Assembly (NCBI GenBank): GCA_016839785.1
Contig: JAEOTQ010000174.1
Span: 1-15,993, forward strand
Direction of reading: 5' to 3'
DNA length: 15,993 nucleotides
Origin: Candidatus Hodarchaeota archaeon
GTDB taxonomy: Archaea > Asgardarchaeota > Heimdallarchaeia > Hodarchaeales > Hodarchaeaceae
This document shows positions 1 to 8,748 of this stretch, piece by piece; positions within the stretch are counted from its first letter, which is position 1; every line of letters begins with the position of its first letter. Below the pieces are notes generated by a model. That model made no database searches, was not told the origin of the DNA, and saw only the letters and a list, made by a program, of their open reading frames with translations. Position numbers and translations under genes: made by a program.

Positions 1-2
1 TA

Positions 3-788
3 TGGGCTAGAATAACTGTCACGCTCTTGAAAGATGAGAAGGGGGAACCAGTATTTTTCCTTGCCATGATTGAAGATATTGCCGCTCTTAAGGAAAGGGA
101 AGAGGAACTGAAATCACAACTGCTAAAATTCAAGATTGAAGATGGCAAAATGTACCTTATAAAAGAGAAATTACCAAGATTGTCAAAAACAGTCTTTGAG
201 GATCTTACCAAAGTTGGATATAATGGATTTATAGTCTCTCGAACTTCCAAACAGGAATTTAACAATCATATAGAGGAAAATACTGTGTTTTATCATCTGA
301 CTGAGAAGAATGACTTTGAATCACTATTGAATGTTATGAAGGAATTGCCTCAAAAATCAGTATTTCTTTTTAACCGTTTAGAGTACTTATTTTTAAAGGA
401 AGGTTTTTCTAAAGTTACTAAATTTATTTTTAAATTAAACGAAGTAGCTTACTTCAACAATCTAGTGGTTTTGTTGTCTTTAGACCCCTCAACTTTGACA
501 GAACGAGAAGTCGCAATTTTAGAAAATGAAGCTCACCCTCTCGAACCTCGTTTTATTGCAAAAATATCGGAAGAATTTCTCCAAATATTGAAGTACATAT
601 TTCAACAGAATGGTATTGGAGTAAAACCTTCATATTCGGATGTTGGAGAAACTTTGGAAATAAGTAGGCCCACAGCTAGGAAGAGAATCAAAAATCTCGT
701 ATCTAGAGGTTATCTTGTTGAACATCAGACTGGTAAAAGTAAATATTTAGAGTTGAGTAGTAAAGGGGAAATACTATTTCTTAGCTAA
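3..788 (+). CDS. PAS/PAC + DUF835-like (degenerate KaiC-like) + winged-HTH one-component regulator, 5'-truncated by the window edge
   Basis: The frame is open from position 3 (WARITVTLLKDEKGEPVFFLAMIEDI is a PAC motif), so the TTG at 27 is not the real start. The middle region (MYLIKE...GFIVSR...VFLFNRLEYLFLKEGFSKVTKFI...LLSLDPSTLTEREVAILE) resembles DUF835. The C-terminus PSYSDVGETLEISRPTARKRIKNLVSRGYLV...KYLELSSKG is wHTH-like. Confidence 0.85.
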   Translation, partial: WARITVTLLKDEKGEPVFFLAMIEDIAALKEREEELKSQLLKFKIEDGKMYLIKEKLPRLSKTVFEDLTKVGYNGFIVSRTSKQEFNNHIEENTVFYHLTEKNDFESLLNVMKELPQKSVFLFNRLEYLFLKEGFSKVTKFIFKLNEVAYFNNLVVLLSLDPSTLTEREVAILENEAHPLEPRFIAKISEEFLQILKYIFQQNGIGVKPSYSDVGETLEISRPTARKRIKNLVSRGYLVEHQTGKSKYLELSSKGEILFLS

Positions 789-797
789 TTTTTTTTT
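789..797 (+). terminator. Oligo-T archaeal-type terminator candidate
   Basis: A T9 run directly follows the TAA at 786-788. Confidence 0.5.
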
Positions 798-879
798 GTT
801 AATTCACTACCCTAAGGAGTACTCTTATTATGGGAGATATTCAGATAATAATACGGAGCTATCAAAGAAGGAACTAATC

Positions 880-1356
880 ATGAGTGACGTAGGTAGCGGA
901 TTAATTAAATTAGCGTATCGCGGAGTAGCAGGATTCGTTGTTCTTCTTTTAATGTTCGTAGTTGGGGTAACAGGAACGGTTTTATCGTTTGCTGGTGGCA
1001 TTATCATTGCTATCAGCTGGATTCCCTTAGCATATCCCGAAATACTATCCGAAGTTCCGATTCTAGTAATCGGTACCCAGGGTACTACGAGCCCTCTAAT
1101 TGCAACTGCAGGATTACTCCTTGCAGGAATCGTTCTTATGGCGATAGGTTTTCTTTTTCTCGTATTCACATATTTCCTTGGTAAAGGAGCGATTCAAATT
1201 GATAAACAACTATCTTCTGCGGTTGATCGCACATTTAGCGGAACAGATCGAATTTCAAAATTAGAAAGATTAGCAGTACTCCGTGAAAAAGGAATTATTA
1301 CTGAATCCGAATTTGAAAGGGAGAAAGAGCGGATCCTAGGTCCGAAAGAAGAGTAG
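880..1356 (+). CDS. Membrane protein with a C-terminal SHOCT domain
   Basis: Likely start is the ATG at 880, with AAGGA upstream, rather than the TTG at 796. It has about 3 hydrophobic segments. The C-terminal RISKLERLAVLREKGIITESEFEREKERIL matches the SHOCT pattern (L..L..L...G.ITEEEF...K..IL). Confidence 0.8.
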   Translation: MSDVGSGLIKLAYRGVAGFVVLLLMFVVGVTGTVLSFAGGIIIAISWIPLAYPEILSEVPILVIGTQGTTSPLIATAGLLLAGIVLMAIGFLFLVFTYFLGKGAIQIDKQLSSAVDRTFSGTDRISKLERLAVLREKGIITESEFEREKERILGPKEE

Positions 1357-1477
1357 TGAAGATTTTTAGGTCCTAGATTCGTGTTTTTTTATCAGAGTAT
1401 GAAGTCTTAAGATTGATTCTTAGAGAAATGGGACAGGTGAAAGGAGAAAAACCAAAAAATGAAGGGGCTTGAGAAAA

Positions 1478-1807
1478 CTATTCATTTGAAAATTGATCAG
1501 GAATAACCATCGATGAGATAGAACTGATGAACTCTGATGTTTCATCACCTTGATCGATAGTAATCACCCGATGAGTTAAACCTTTAACTCTTTGTAAATT
1601 TTGGGCAGCATTGGTAGCAATAAATCGTGAACGAACACCTGCAGATTGACCAATCCATAAGAAAATTTTCTTCAATGCATTATCAAGTAATACATAAACA
1701 GATTCCCTCTTTAATTTTTGAGAGGGATCTTCATACGGCTCGAGCTCTCCAGATACATCATTAGATATCTGGAAAAGTGATTTTTCATCATCATTTGTTA
1801 CTAACAT
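1478..1807 (-). CDS. Single-domain gelsolin-like protein (Asgard ProGel-type actin regulator candidate)
   Basis: 109 aa. LKRESVYVLLD...KIFLWIGQSA...RFIATNAA...RVITIDQGDETSEF matches the gelsolin repeat consensus (L.S..vfvLD...iyvWiG..A...v..v.QG.E...F). Confidence 0.88.
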   Translation of the reverse strand: MLVTNDDEKSLFQISNDVSGELEPYEDPSQKLKRESVYVLLDNALKKIFLWIGQSAGVRSRFIATNAAQNLQRVKGLTHRVITIDQGDETSEFISSISSMVIPDQFSNE

Positions 1808-2038
1808 ATTAGTTCCCCAAGATCTCTGCGACTACTCTTAAATTAATGTCTATAAGTTAATAAACCGAACTAAAGAATGTCCTCGGATTTAATTTGGTAA
1901 CAATCAAAGGAAATGGGAAGTATTGCTATTTTAAAATCAGGTAACACATAGAAAATATTAATTATGAAGGAAGTAAGTAACGGAGTTTAGACATTAATTC
2001 AATAGGTTAGACTGATGTAAAAGCCAAAAAACAATGAA

Positions 2039-2668
2039 TTATGAATTAAAATTTCCAGAGGGAAGGGCGAGTTCCTGACTATCAATAAATATTTTCTTCT
2101 CCTCTATTACTACAATTGGGGGACTGAGACTAGGCGGTAAGGTGATAGCAAGAGTTTTATCTGTTTTTTGCGTTTGAAAGTGATGAATATGTCCTGCAAC
2201 AAATAGATGAGGACTAAAAGAGTCAATTATGGATCTTACAGCCTTACTACCGCAATGGTTAAACATTTCAGAACTACGTGGATTTTTACATTTATCTGCT
2301 AAGCCGAAAGCAGGTCGATGGGAAATGAGAACCTCAGTGGATATTGGAATACTCTTAGGTTCATGCATGTGATCGATACCAAAAAAATGTAATCCAGTAA
2401 GATGAAAGATCAAATCGAGATGGTCATTAAGCCAAAAGAAATTCGGGACATCAGCTAAATCTTGTTGAAACTTTTTACCCCCCCACAATTCTTTATTCCC
2501 CTTCACACTAAAAAAGCGTAATGGAAACTCGAAGTCATTATCAGGAGGATGATGATAATCAAAAATGTCTCCACAGGAAATACAGATCATATTGGAATCT
2601 ATATCTTCAACTAACTGAAATAATCGAGAAAATCTTCCTTCAAGATCAGCACATAAGAGAATCTTCAA
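2039..2668 (-). CDS. Calcineurin-like metallophosphoesterase (Icc-related)
   Basis: Motifs occur in the canonical order: ADLEG, CGDIFD, KGNKE, SHRP, HCGS, AGHIH. Probable start is the TTG at 2668 (MKILLCAD...), while the ORF track extends it to 2740. Confidence 0.85.
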   Translation of the reverse strand: MKILLCADLEGRFSRLFQLVEDIDSNMICISCGDIFDYHHPPDNDFEFPLRFFSVKGNKELWGGKKFQQDLADVPNFFWLNDHLDLIFHLTGLHFFGIDHMHEPKSIPISTEVLISHRPAFGLADKCKNPRSSEMFNHCGSKAVRSIIDSFSPHLFVAGHIHHFQTQKTDKTLAITLPPSLSPPIVVIEEKKIFIDSQELALPSGNFNS

Positions 2669-2746
2669 TTTAGAAATCCAACAGGAGAGCTTCGTATAGA
2701 AGTATTTGAATTCTTTTCGATCTTTTCTATTGTCGGACAAAAATGA

Positions 2747-3853
2747 TCATGTACTTATCTTATAAAATTCTCTTGGTTCAGTTGAACTAAACCTTTTGAT
2801 AAGAGAAACTTCAACGTAAAAGAAGAATAAGGGAACAAAAGGAAAGACAAAGATTAGGGCAACAAGGAAAACACCCAGAAATAAGAAAACAAGCATGAAA
2901 GCAGAGTCTCCCATCACATCAGGGAATAAAAAAATCAGTAATTGAGCAGATACCTTATAAGAAGTAAGAATGTAGCTAAAGGAAGGGAGAAGGACGAATA
3001 CAACAGCAAAAGCAAGAATGTATGCAAGAATATTTGGTGCTGAAATGATTACCTCCCACATCGAAGGATCAAATAATGCAAAGAGAGCCACAAGTCCACT
3101 ATAAAGGAAAATATATGCCCCATAAGCAACACTCCAATGAAAAAGTGAGGGGGGTGGTAAATTACTCTTTACCCATTTCCAAACAAGAAAGAATGAGAGA
3201 CTAATTTGAAAAATACTAAATAGTGAACCTACAAGCCATGATGGAAAGGAAAAATCTTCAGCAATATTGGTTAAATCAGAGATTGGATATCGAAAAATTA
3301 CTGTGTAACAAAGAAATAAAAGCACACTAAATCCGACTTGTAGGAGAAGAAACAGTTTCAAATACAGTATTGTAGTCTTATCTCCTGGCGTGGCCTGAGA
3401 ATAACGAAATCTTAACTCAAAGGCAAGTAAAGGAATGAAAATGGGAAGGAAAACTACAGGGAGATAGAAAAGTAACGGACTCATATAGATGGTCTCTGAA
3501 GATGATTGTGAAAGGACAATATAAGATTCAGAAGACAGGAAAAGGAAAAAAACAACCAAGATATAGCCTAAATAGACAATTAAACCGAATCCGAGGAGTT
3601 TAAAGAATGAATCATAGTGTTCACTAAGTAGAAGAAGTCCAAGTAATAAGATGAGTGGAAAAAGTGCACTAGCCCCAAGTACTAAAACTGGAGGAATAAC
3701 ATTATAGTTATCTGGAACGTTCTCAACAATTAACGGAGCTCCAGACAGAATGAACAGAATTGCTGTAAAAATCAAGTATATAGCATATAATATAAGAATA
3801 TATGGAATTAATGGTGTAAATCTCTGATATCTGTGCTGAAACCTCTTTATCAA
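2747..3853 (-). CDS. Polytopic membrane protein of unknown function (roughly 9-10 TM segments)
   Basis: 368-aa ORF of alternating long hydrophobic stretches and short loops. No recognised motif; the start (TTG) is uncertain. Confidence 0.7.
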   Translation of the reverse strand: MIKRFQHRYQRFTPLIPYILILYAIYLIFTAILFILSGAPLIVENVPDNYNVIPPVLVLGASALFPLILLLGLLLLSEHYDSFFKLLGFGLIVYLGYILVVFFLFLSSESYIVLSQSSSETIYMSPLLFYLPVVFLPIFIPLLAFELRFRYSQATPGDKTTILYLKLFLLLQVGFSVLLFLCYTVIFRYPISDLTNIAEDFSFPSWLVGSLFSIFQISLSFFLVWKWVKSNLPPPSLFHWSVAYGAYIFLYSGLVALFALFDPSMWEVIISAPNILAYILAFAVVFVLLPSFSYILTSYKVSAQLLIFLFPDVMGDSAFMLVFLFLGVFLVALIFVFPFVPLFFFYVEVSLIKRFSSTEPREFYKIST

Positions 3854-4027
3854 AGCGAATCACATTTTACAAAGGATGATAGTGGATTCTGTTTCGATTT
3901 GGTATTATTGGATCATATGAATTTAAAAGGTTTAACAAAGAATCACCAACTTACGAAGCAAAAAGAGTTTCAAAGCAGCTTTCAGTACAAAATGATCGAA
4001 ATTCCTTAATGGGAGATATTAACAAAA

Positions 4028-4846
4028 ATGTTGTTGCAGTTTGAATCCCTTGCCACAGATTCTCCAGCTCCCATGATACTCTTCTGGATAATTGTATTCA
4101 TAATTAGTTACGGTTTGATTGATTCAAACTCAATGAGCAAAAAACGTCGTATTCTCCTTTATCTCACTACTATTTTCTTTACGGGAGTAATTCTGGGAGG
4201 AATTCCCAACGTAGTTTTACCGATCGAATATACAACAGATGTGATATCAAGTAAAGGTGATCTGGTCGATACTTTGCATCCACTAGCAATCTTTTGTATG
4301 ATAACTGGATTCTCACTAGTCGTTGGACGAATCTTTTGTGGTTTCGCGTGTCCTTTAGGAGCATTACAGGAATTAATCTCACTTATAAACTTTCCATCGG
4401 ATGTTACGGAATATCAAAAGAAGAAATTCCACATAGAAGTATCTTCACGCACTACAACTAGAATCCGATGGATTTTTCTTGGTATTTTGTTGGTTACTAG
4501 TTTATTAGGAATTTCTTTTTTTTCCAAGATTAATCCGATGTCAGGATTCTTGTTCACAATAGGTTTATCATTATTTAGTATGTTTATTATAATAGCTTTG
4601 AGTTTTTTTCTGTATAGACCATGGTGCAGGTTTTTATGTCCCTTCGGTGCAGGGTCAGGTCTCTGTAGCCGGTTTGCAACAATAAAATATCGAAGAACGA
4701 GTGCTTGCACAGATTGTGGAAAATGTGAGATAGTATGTCCCACGCAGGAGGCAGGAAGAGATAGTAAGAAAGAAGAATGCTATTTCTGTAATCGATGTCT
4801 TCATGTGTGTCCCCACGATGCTATACATTATGATCTGGAAATTTGA
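4028..4846 (+). CDS. Membrane-bound 4Fe-4S binding protein (NapH/MauN/YccM polyferredoxin type)
   Basis: Two CxxxCP motifs (GRIFCGFACPLG, RPWCRFLCPFG) next to TM helices, plus two C-terminal ferredoxin motifs (CTDCGKCEIVCP, CYFCNRCLHVCP). Confidence 0.9.
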   Translation: MLLQFESLATDSPAPMILFWIIVFIISYGLIDSNSMSKKRRILLYLTTIFFTGVILGGIPNVVLPIEYTTDVISSKGDLVDTLHPLAIFCMITGFSLVVGRIFCGFACPLGALQELISLINFPSDVTEYQKKKFHIEVSSRTTTRIRWIFLGILLVTSLLGISFFSKINPMSGFLFTIGLSLFSMFIIIALSFFLYRPWCRFLCPFGAGSGLCSRFATIKYRRTSACTDCGKCEIVCPTQEAGRDSKKEECYFCNRCLHVCPHDAIHYDLEI

Positions 4847-4990
4847 GCATCTAAAGGGTAAAAGAAATAGATTGAATCTGATCCTGTTTCTCTACTAAGA
4901 GAAAATCAGAAAAAAAGGAGGAATTAATTGAAAAAATACAATAACAAAGGTGACTCGCTTCATTCGAGAAATCATGACTAGAAGAGAAAT

Positions 4991-5827
4991 TTAAGTCCAT
5001 GGAGGCAATTCGTCAAGAACTTCGGGAGAAATAATGCGTTCGAATAAAGGAATCGATCCAAGACCAACAAGAGTTCCCACAAGTAACGCAGGTAAGTAAG
5101 CAGCCATATTGTCAGAGAGTAGAGGCGAAATTCCCAACGTGGCGTTCCAAAACAAGTGCCAAATTAATGAAGGGAGTAAAGAGCTAGTTTTATAATAATA
5201 ATAACCCCAGGGAACAGCAACAAGGAATGAAAAGGTACATAAGACTATAGTAAATAGAATAAATTCAAAAAAAGCCACCTCACCTGATATATATCCTTTC
5301 AGAGGGGTAGGAAAGTGCCAAAGGCCAAAGAAAAATGCTTGTATCAGATTCGCTTTCCAGAAGTGCTTTTTAGTAACATCCAAAGATAGACGAAGAAAGA
5401 TTCCACGAAATAAGCTTTCTTCCATCATGACATTGACAATATTTGTTACAAATGTGAAGTATAGAAATGTCATTGTGACCTCAGAAAAATCCCAAGCAAG
5501 GAAATCTCCAGCAATAAATGTATAGACAAGACGCATAGAGATAATTGAAAGGAGAACAAATCCTAAACTGAAGAAAATATTGTAAAAGAAATATTCTCTT
5601 TTTATGCCGATATCTGCAAGGGTTTTTCCCATAAAAATAAGTAAAAACAAGATTAGAACTACAGAAAATGATTTAGAAAGGAGAATATCTCCCCATTCCT
5701 CATCGAGGGTCAACCAGAAGATATCAAGCATTTTAAAAATCAGAAAAAATAAAAACAGTCCAATTATAAGAAGTAAAGACCTGTATTTCTCAGGAAAAGG
5801 TGAATCTTTTTGTAACACTCTTATCAC
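4991..5827 (-). CDS. CPBP family (Rce1/type II CAAX-like) intramembrane glutamic endopeptidase
   Basis: Multi-TM protein with EESLFRG (EExxxR), FFGLWH (FxxxH) and WHLFWN (HxxxN). GTG start at 5827. Confidence 0.9.
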   Translation of the reverse strand: MIRVLQKDSPFPEKYRSLLLIIGLFLFFLIFKMLDIFWLTLDEEWGDILLSKSFSVVLILFLLIFMGKTLADIGIKREYFFYNIFFSLGFVLLSIISMRLVYTFIAGDFLAWDFSEVTMTFLYFTFVTNIVNVMMEESLFRGIFLRLSLDVTKKHFWKANLIQAFFFGLWHFPTPLKGYISGEVAFFEFILFTIVLCTFSFLVAVPWGYYYYKTSSLLPSLIWHLFWNATLGISPLLSDNMAAYLPALLVGTLVGLGSIPLFERIISPEVLDELPPWT

Positions 5828-5953
5828 AGTCCTCTGTCAAATCATCCGATTTGTCAAGAACTCCTTAGAATTATCCTTACTTAAAAAGTTAGTGAGTTTC
5901 TTACGGGAATAGCTAGCTTTTCTTTGATGTAAAAAAGCATAATATGACTAATC

Positions 5954-6703
5954 CTACCCTTCCGCAAAATCTGTTTTAACTTCTTGAATTCTCCAGTGAG
6001 TTAGTTCTAAATCATTTTCATCCACAAACACAATGACAGAAAAAGGAAAAATATTGAACATCAAGCAGTGAAAATCACGGGATAAAGCGATTTGAAAGCT
6101 TTCAATGGGAAAAGAAGTACGATTGGATAAATCCAGAATGGTCTTAAGTGCTTTAGAAACTTCCTCACTAAAAACACTAAATTTTTCATCAATTAGATGT
6201 GTGTAAATTTGACTCATTTCTGGACGAGTGAAAATAACCACATTTTCAAAGATTTTGTCCCCATAACTATGAATAGAATCTAATAATTTACTTAAGTTTG
6301 TGACATCAATATGTGAAAAGGATTTATATGCCTGAGCACATTCCACAGCGAAATCATAGTGTTCTTGGTGAACTAAGGTTTTGCCATTCATCGTATCTTC
6401 TAAATCTACTTGAAATTTTTCTTCAAACTGGTTAATCAAGTCAGCAATAAATCGTTCGAAGATTGGCCCTGACTGAAAAGTAAAGAGCATCCCGTAAACG
6501 TATATTCCTTCGACCAGAATAGCATTATAATGTCCATAATTGACAATCTTTGTTTCCTGTGGGCCAAATGTTTCCCCCATAACTTGCATAATTGCAGTAA
6601 TTAACCCCCCCCGAATTTCACTATTGAAAAGAGTATCAGGCCGAAATTCAAGAGTGAAAAGGGGAATCCCACTGATTTTACTGGTAATTTCAATTCCAAT
6701 CAT
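5954..6703 (-). CDS. Longin-like domain fused to a roadblock/LC7-like domain
   Basis: The N-terminal ~130 aa show the b-b-a-b-b-b-a-a pattern with SGIPLF and GGLITAIMQVMGETF...INQFEEKF, typical of Asgard longin-like domains. The C-terminal ~115 aa show the a-b-b-a-b-b-b-a pattern of roadblock. Fold assignment was made by eye. Confidence 0.7.
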   Translation of the reverse strand: MIGIEITSKISGIPLFTLEFRPDTLFNSEIRGGLITAIMQVMGETFGPQETKIVNYGHYNAILVEGIYVYGMLFTFQSGPIFERFIADLINQFEEKFQVDLEDTMNGKTLVHQEHYDFAVECAQAYKSFSHIDVTNLSKLLDSIHSYGDKIFENVVIFTRPEMSQIYTHLIDEKFSVFSEEVSKALKTILDLSNRTSFPIESFQIALSRDFHCLMFNIFPFSVIVFVDENDLELTHWRIQEVKTDFAEG

Positions 6704-6979
6704 GGAAGAATCACAGGTAATTGGTGATTAGTAAAAGTAGTAAATAATCGGTTACATTTACATTAATTAAATATATCTTAATTTAAGTGTGAATCGATCG
6801 AAAAATCTTCTGATATCGATATAGGATATCTAGATTCCTCCTCCAGAAAACCTAGTCAAAATTCACCAAGTAATAAATGGAATGGGAAGGAGCAGGAAAT
6901 AATTCTAGGAAATAGTCTTCAATTACTTATGAAAAATTTGATAAACTAGCCATTCTTGAAAATACAACGAGGTTGAAAA

Positions 6980-8605
6980 ATGGGAGAAAGACACCATAAA
7001 AGAAAAGTAATTTTTGTTACCGTATCGTTAATATTGAATTTAGGCATCTTATTTTGCGTTGGAATAATCTCTGATTCATCAAGGTACTCCATAGACAGTG
7101 TGAAAGGGATTGTAGAGGAAGATGAGTTACGTATGAAATACATTTTCAGTCGAGTCTTAGGCGGAGGCAAGGAAGATGTTGGTGAAGGAATTGGAATTGA
7201 TTCCCAAGAACGAATTGTGATCACAGGTAATACAGAAACAGCTGGCTTTCCAGTACTCAATGCTTACGATTCCTCTTATAATGGCCCCAGTGAAATCTAT
7301 TTTGAAGGAGACGCGTTTATTGCTAGTTTTTACCCTAATGGTACTCTCTACTGGAGCACCTACTTCGGAGGATCGCAAAGTGACTTTGGAGCTGATCTAG
7401 TAATTGATAGCCAAGATAATATCATCATTACTGGTAGTACCGATTCTACCGACTTTCCAGTATTAAATGCTGACGATTCCAGTCATAATGGGAATGAGGA
7501 TGCATTTTTGGCAAAGTTTACTTCAAATGGTGAGCTTGTATGGAGTACTTTTGTTGGGGATATTGGACATGAATTTGGAATGGGAGTAGCTCTCGATTCA
7601 TCAGATAATATCTTTGTGACAGGACGATGGGAAGTGCCTCCAATTGGTAATTATTACTGGGATGCATATGTGGCAAAATATTCCCCCAATGGGGTCTCTC
7701 AATGGATCCAAATCCTTGGAGGCAGTCAACTGGATTATGGGATGGGAATTACCCTTGATACACAGGATAATGTGGTGATCACAGGAATTACAAGTTCTAG
7801 TGACTTTCCAAATGATAATGTCTACCAAGGAAATCAACAAGAGATTTTTGTTGCCAAATTAAATACTAGTGGAGATTTGGTCTGGAGTAATGTTGTAGGA
7901 GGCGGAGAAAATGATTTTTGTCGAAGCGTACAAACAGATGTAGAAGATAATATTATCCTCGCAGGATGGACATTTTCCTCTGATTATCCAACAGTAAATG
8001 CCGAAGATTCACTATTTGACGGATCAGAGGATATTATAATCTCTAAATTCGATCCAAATGGATCAATGCTCTGGAGTACCTATCTTGGGGGAAGTCATAA
8101 TGATATGACAGAAAAAATTCATGTTGATGATGTGGGGAATATCTATGTCAGTGGGGAGACCCTTTCAATGGATTATCCACTCACAAATACCTCCCAGTCT
8201 TACTTATTGAGTGATTCATTTCAAGCCTTCCTAACCATTCTTAATCCAGAGGGATTTATCCTATGGAGTGAAACATTTGGCGCCACCCAAGGAAATTATA
8301 TATCGGATAGAGGAAAAGCACTCGTAGTCGACTCCAAGAAGAATGTCATGATTGTGGGGAGTACTAGTTCGAAATATTTTCCCGTCACTACAAATGACGT
8401 AGTCACAGATGACGCAAACGTCTTCATTTGTAGTCTATACAATCCTTTTGAAGAACGACCATTAATGCCCACTTCAACAGAACCTACTACAACTGAAACC
8501 GATGATAGCACTACTGAAACAGAGACAACAGTCAATTTAACCAATGGATTTTCAGTCTTCATCGTGCTGGTTATCTTTCTAATACCCCTCTGGAAGAAAA
8601 GGTAA
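6980..8605 (+). CDS. Cell-surface SBBP-repeat (seven-bladed beta-propeller) protein with a Thr-rich linker and C-terminal TM/basic anchor
   Basis: N-terminal basic plus hydrophobic signal. Seven repeats of W.t.lGG...D.G..i.iDs.dNiiitG.T.S.DFP...DAF.aK...nG. A PTSTEPTTTETDDSTTETETT linker is followed by NGFSVFIVLVIFLIPLWKKR. Confidence 0.9.
   Translation: MGERHHKRKVIFVTVSLILNLGILFCVGIISDSSRYSIDSVKGIVEEDELRMKYIFSRVLGGGKEDVGEGIGIDSQERIVITGNTETAGFPVLNAYDSSYNGPSEIYFEGDAFIASFYPNGTLYWSTYFGGSQSDFGADLVIDSQDNIIITGSTDSTDFPVLNADDSSHNGNEDAFLAKFTSNGELVWSTFVGDIGHEFGMGVALDSSDNIFVTGRWEVPPIGNYYWDAYVAKYSPNGVSQWIQILGGSQLDYGMGITLDTQDNVVITGITSSSDFPNDNVYQGNQQEIFVAKLNTSGDLVWSNVVGGGENDFCRSVQTDVEDNIILAGWTFSSDYPTVNAEDSLFDGSEDIIISKFDPNGSMLWSTYLGGSHNDMTEKIHVDDVGNIYVSGETLSMDYPLTNTSQSYLLSDSFQAFLTILNPEGFILWSETFGATQGNYISDRGKALVVDSKKNVMIVGSTSSKYFPVTTNDVVTDDANVFICSLYNPFEERPLMPTSTEPTTTETDDSTTETETTVNLTNGFSVFIVLVIFLIPLWKKR
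7246..7480 (+). repeat. Intragenic coding repeat between SBBP blades 1 and 2
   Basis: 7246-7273 ctttccagtactcaatgcttacgattcc versus 7453-7480 ctttccagtattaaatgctgacgattcc: 25 of 28 positions identical. Confidence 0.75.
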
Positions 8606-8748
8606 AATCTAATGATAAAAATGACTAACGTGTTGTTGGGGGTCATATGAGAGATAATGTGGTTACATCAGAAACTTATTACTTCGCTCATAGAAGTGTA
8701 GCACGATACACCAGTAACCTTAAGGCGGTTCTTAGCGAGGATAAACGC

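Noticed and set aside
813-827. Imperfect palindrome TAAGGAGTACTCTTA upstream of the SHOCT gene
   Set aside because: It has only an 8-bp perfect core and occurs once, so it cannot be distinguished from chance.
796-879. N-terminal extensions from the ORF track (also 2669-2740 and 8647-8748)
   Set aside because: Downstream starts at 880, 2668 and 8749 fit the domain or signal-peptide boundaries better, and the extensions look like intergenic sequence.
4991-5827. CPBP ('Abi') protein as an anti-phage defence gene
   Set aside because: The Abi label for this family is historical, and no defence-island genes are nearby.
7140-8440. SBBP repeats as a CRISPR array or DGR template/variable repeat
   Set aside because: The repeats are degenerate, in-frame protein repeats. 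There are no identical repeat-spacer units, adenine-specific mismatches or reverse transcriptase.
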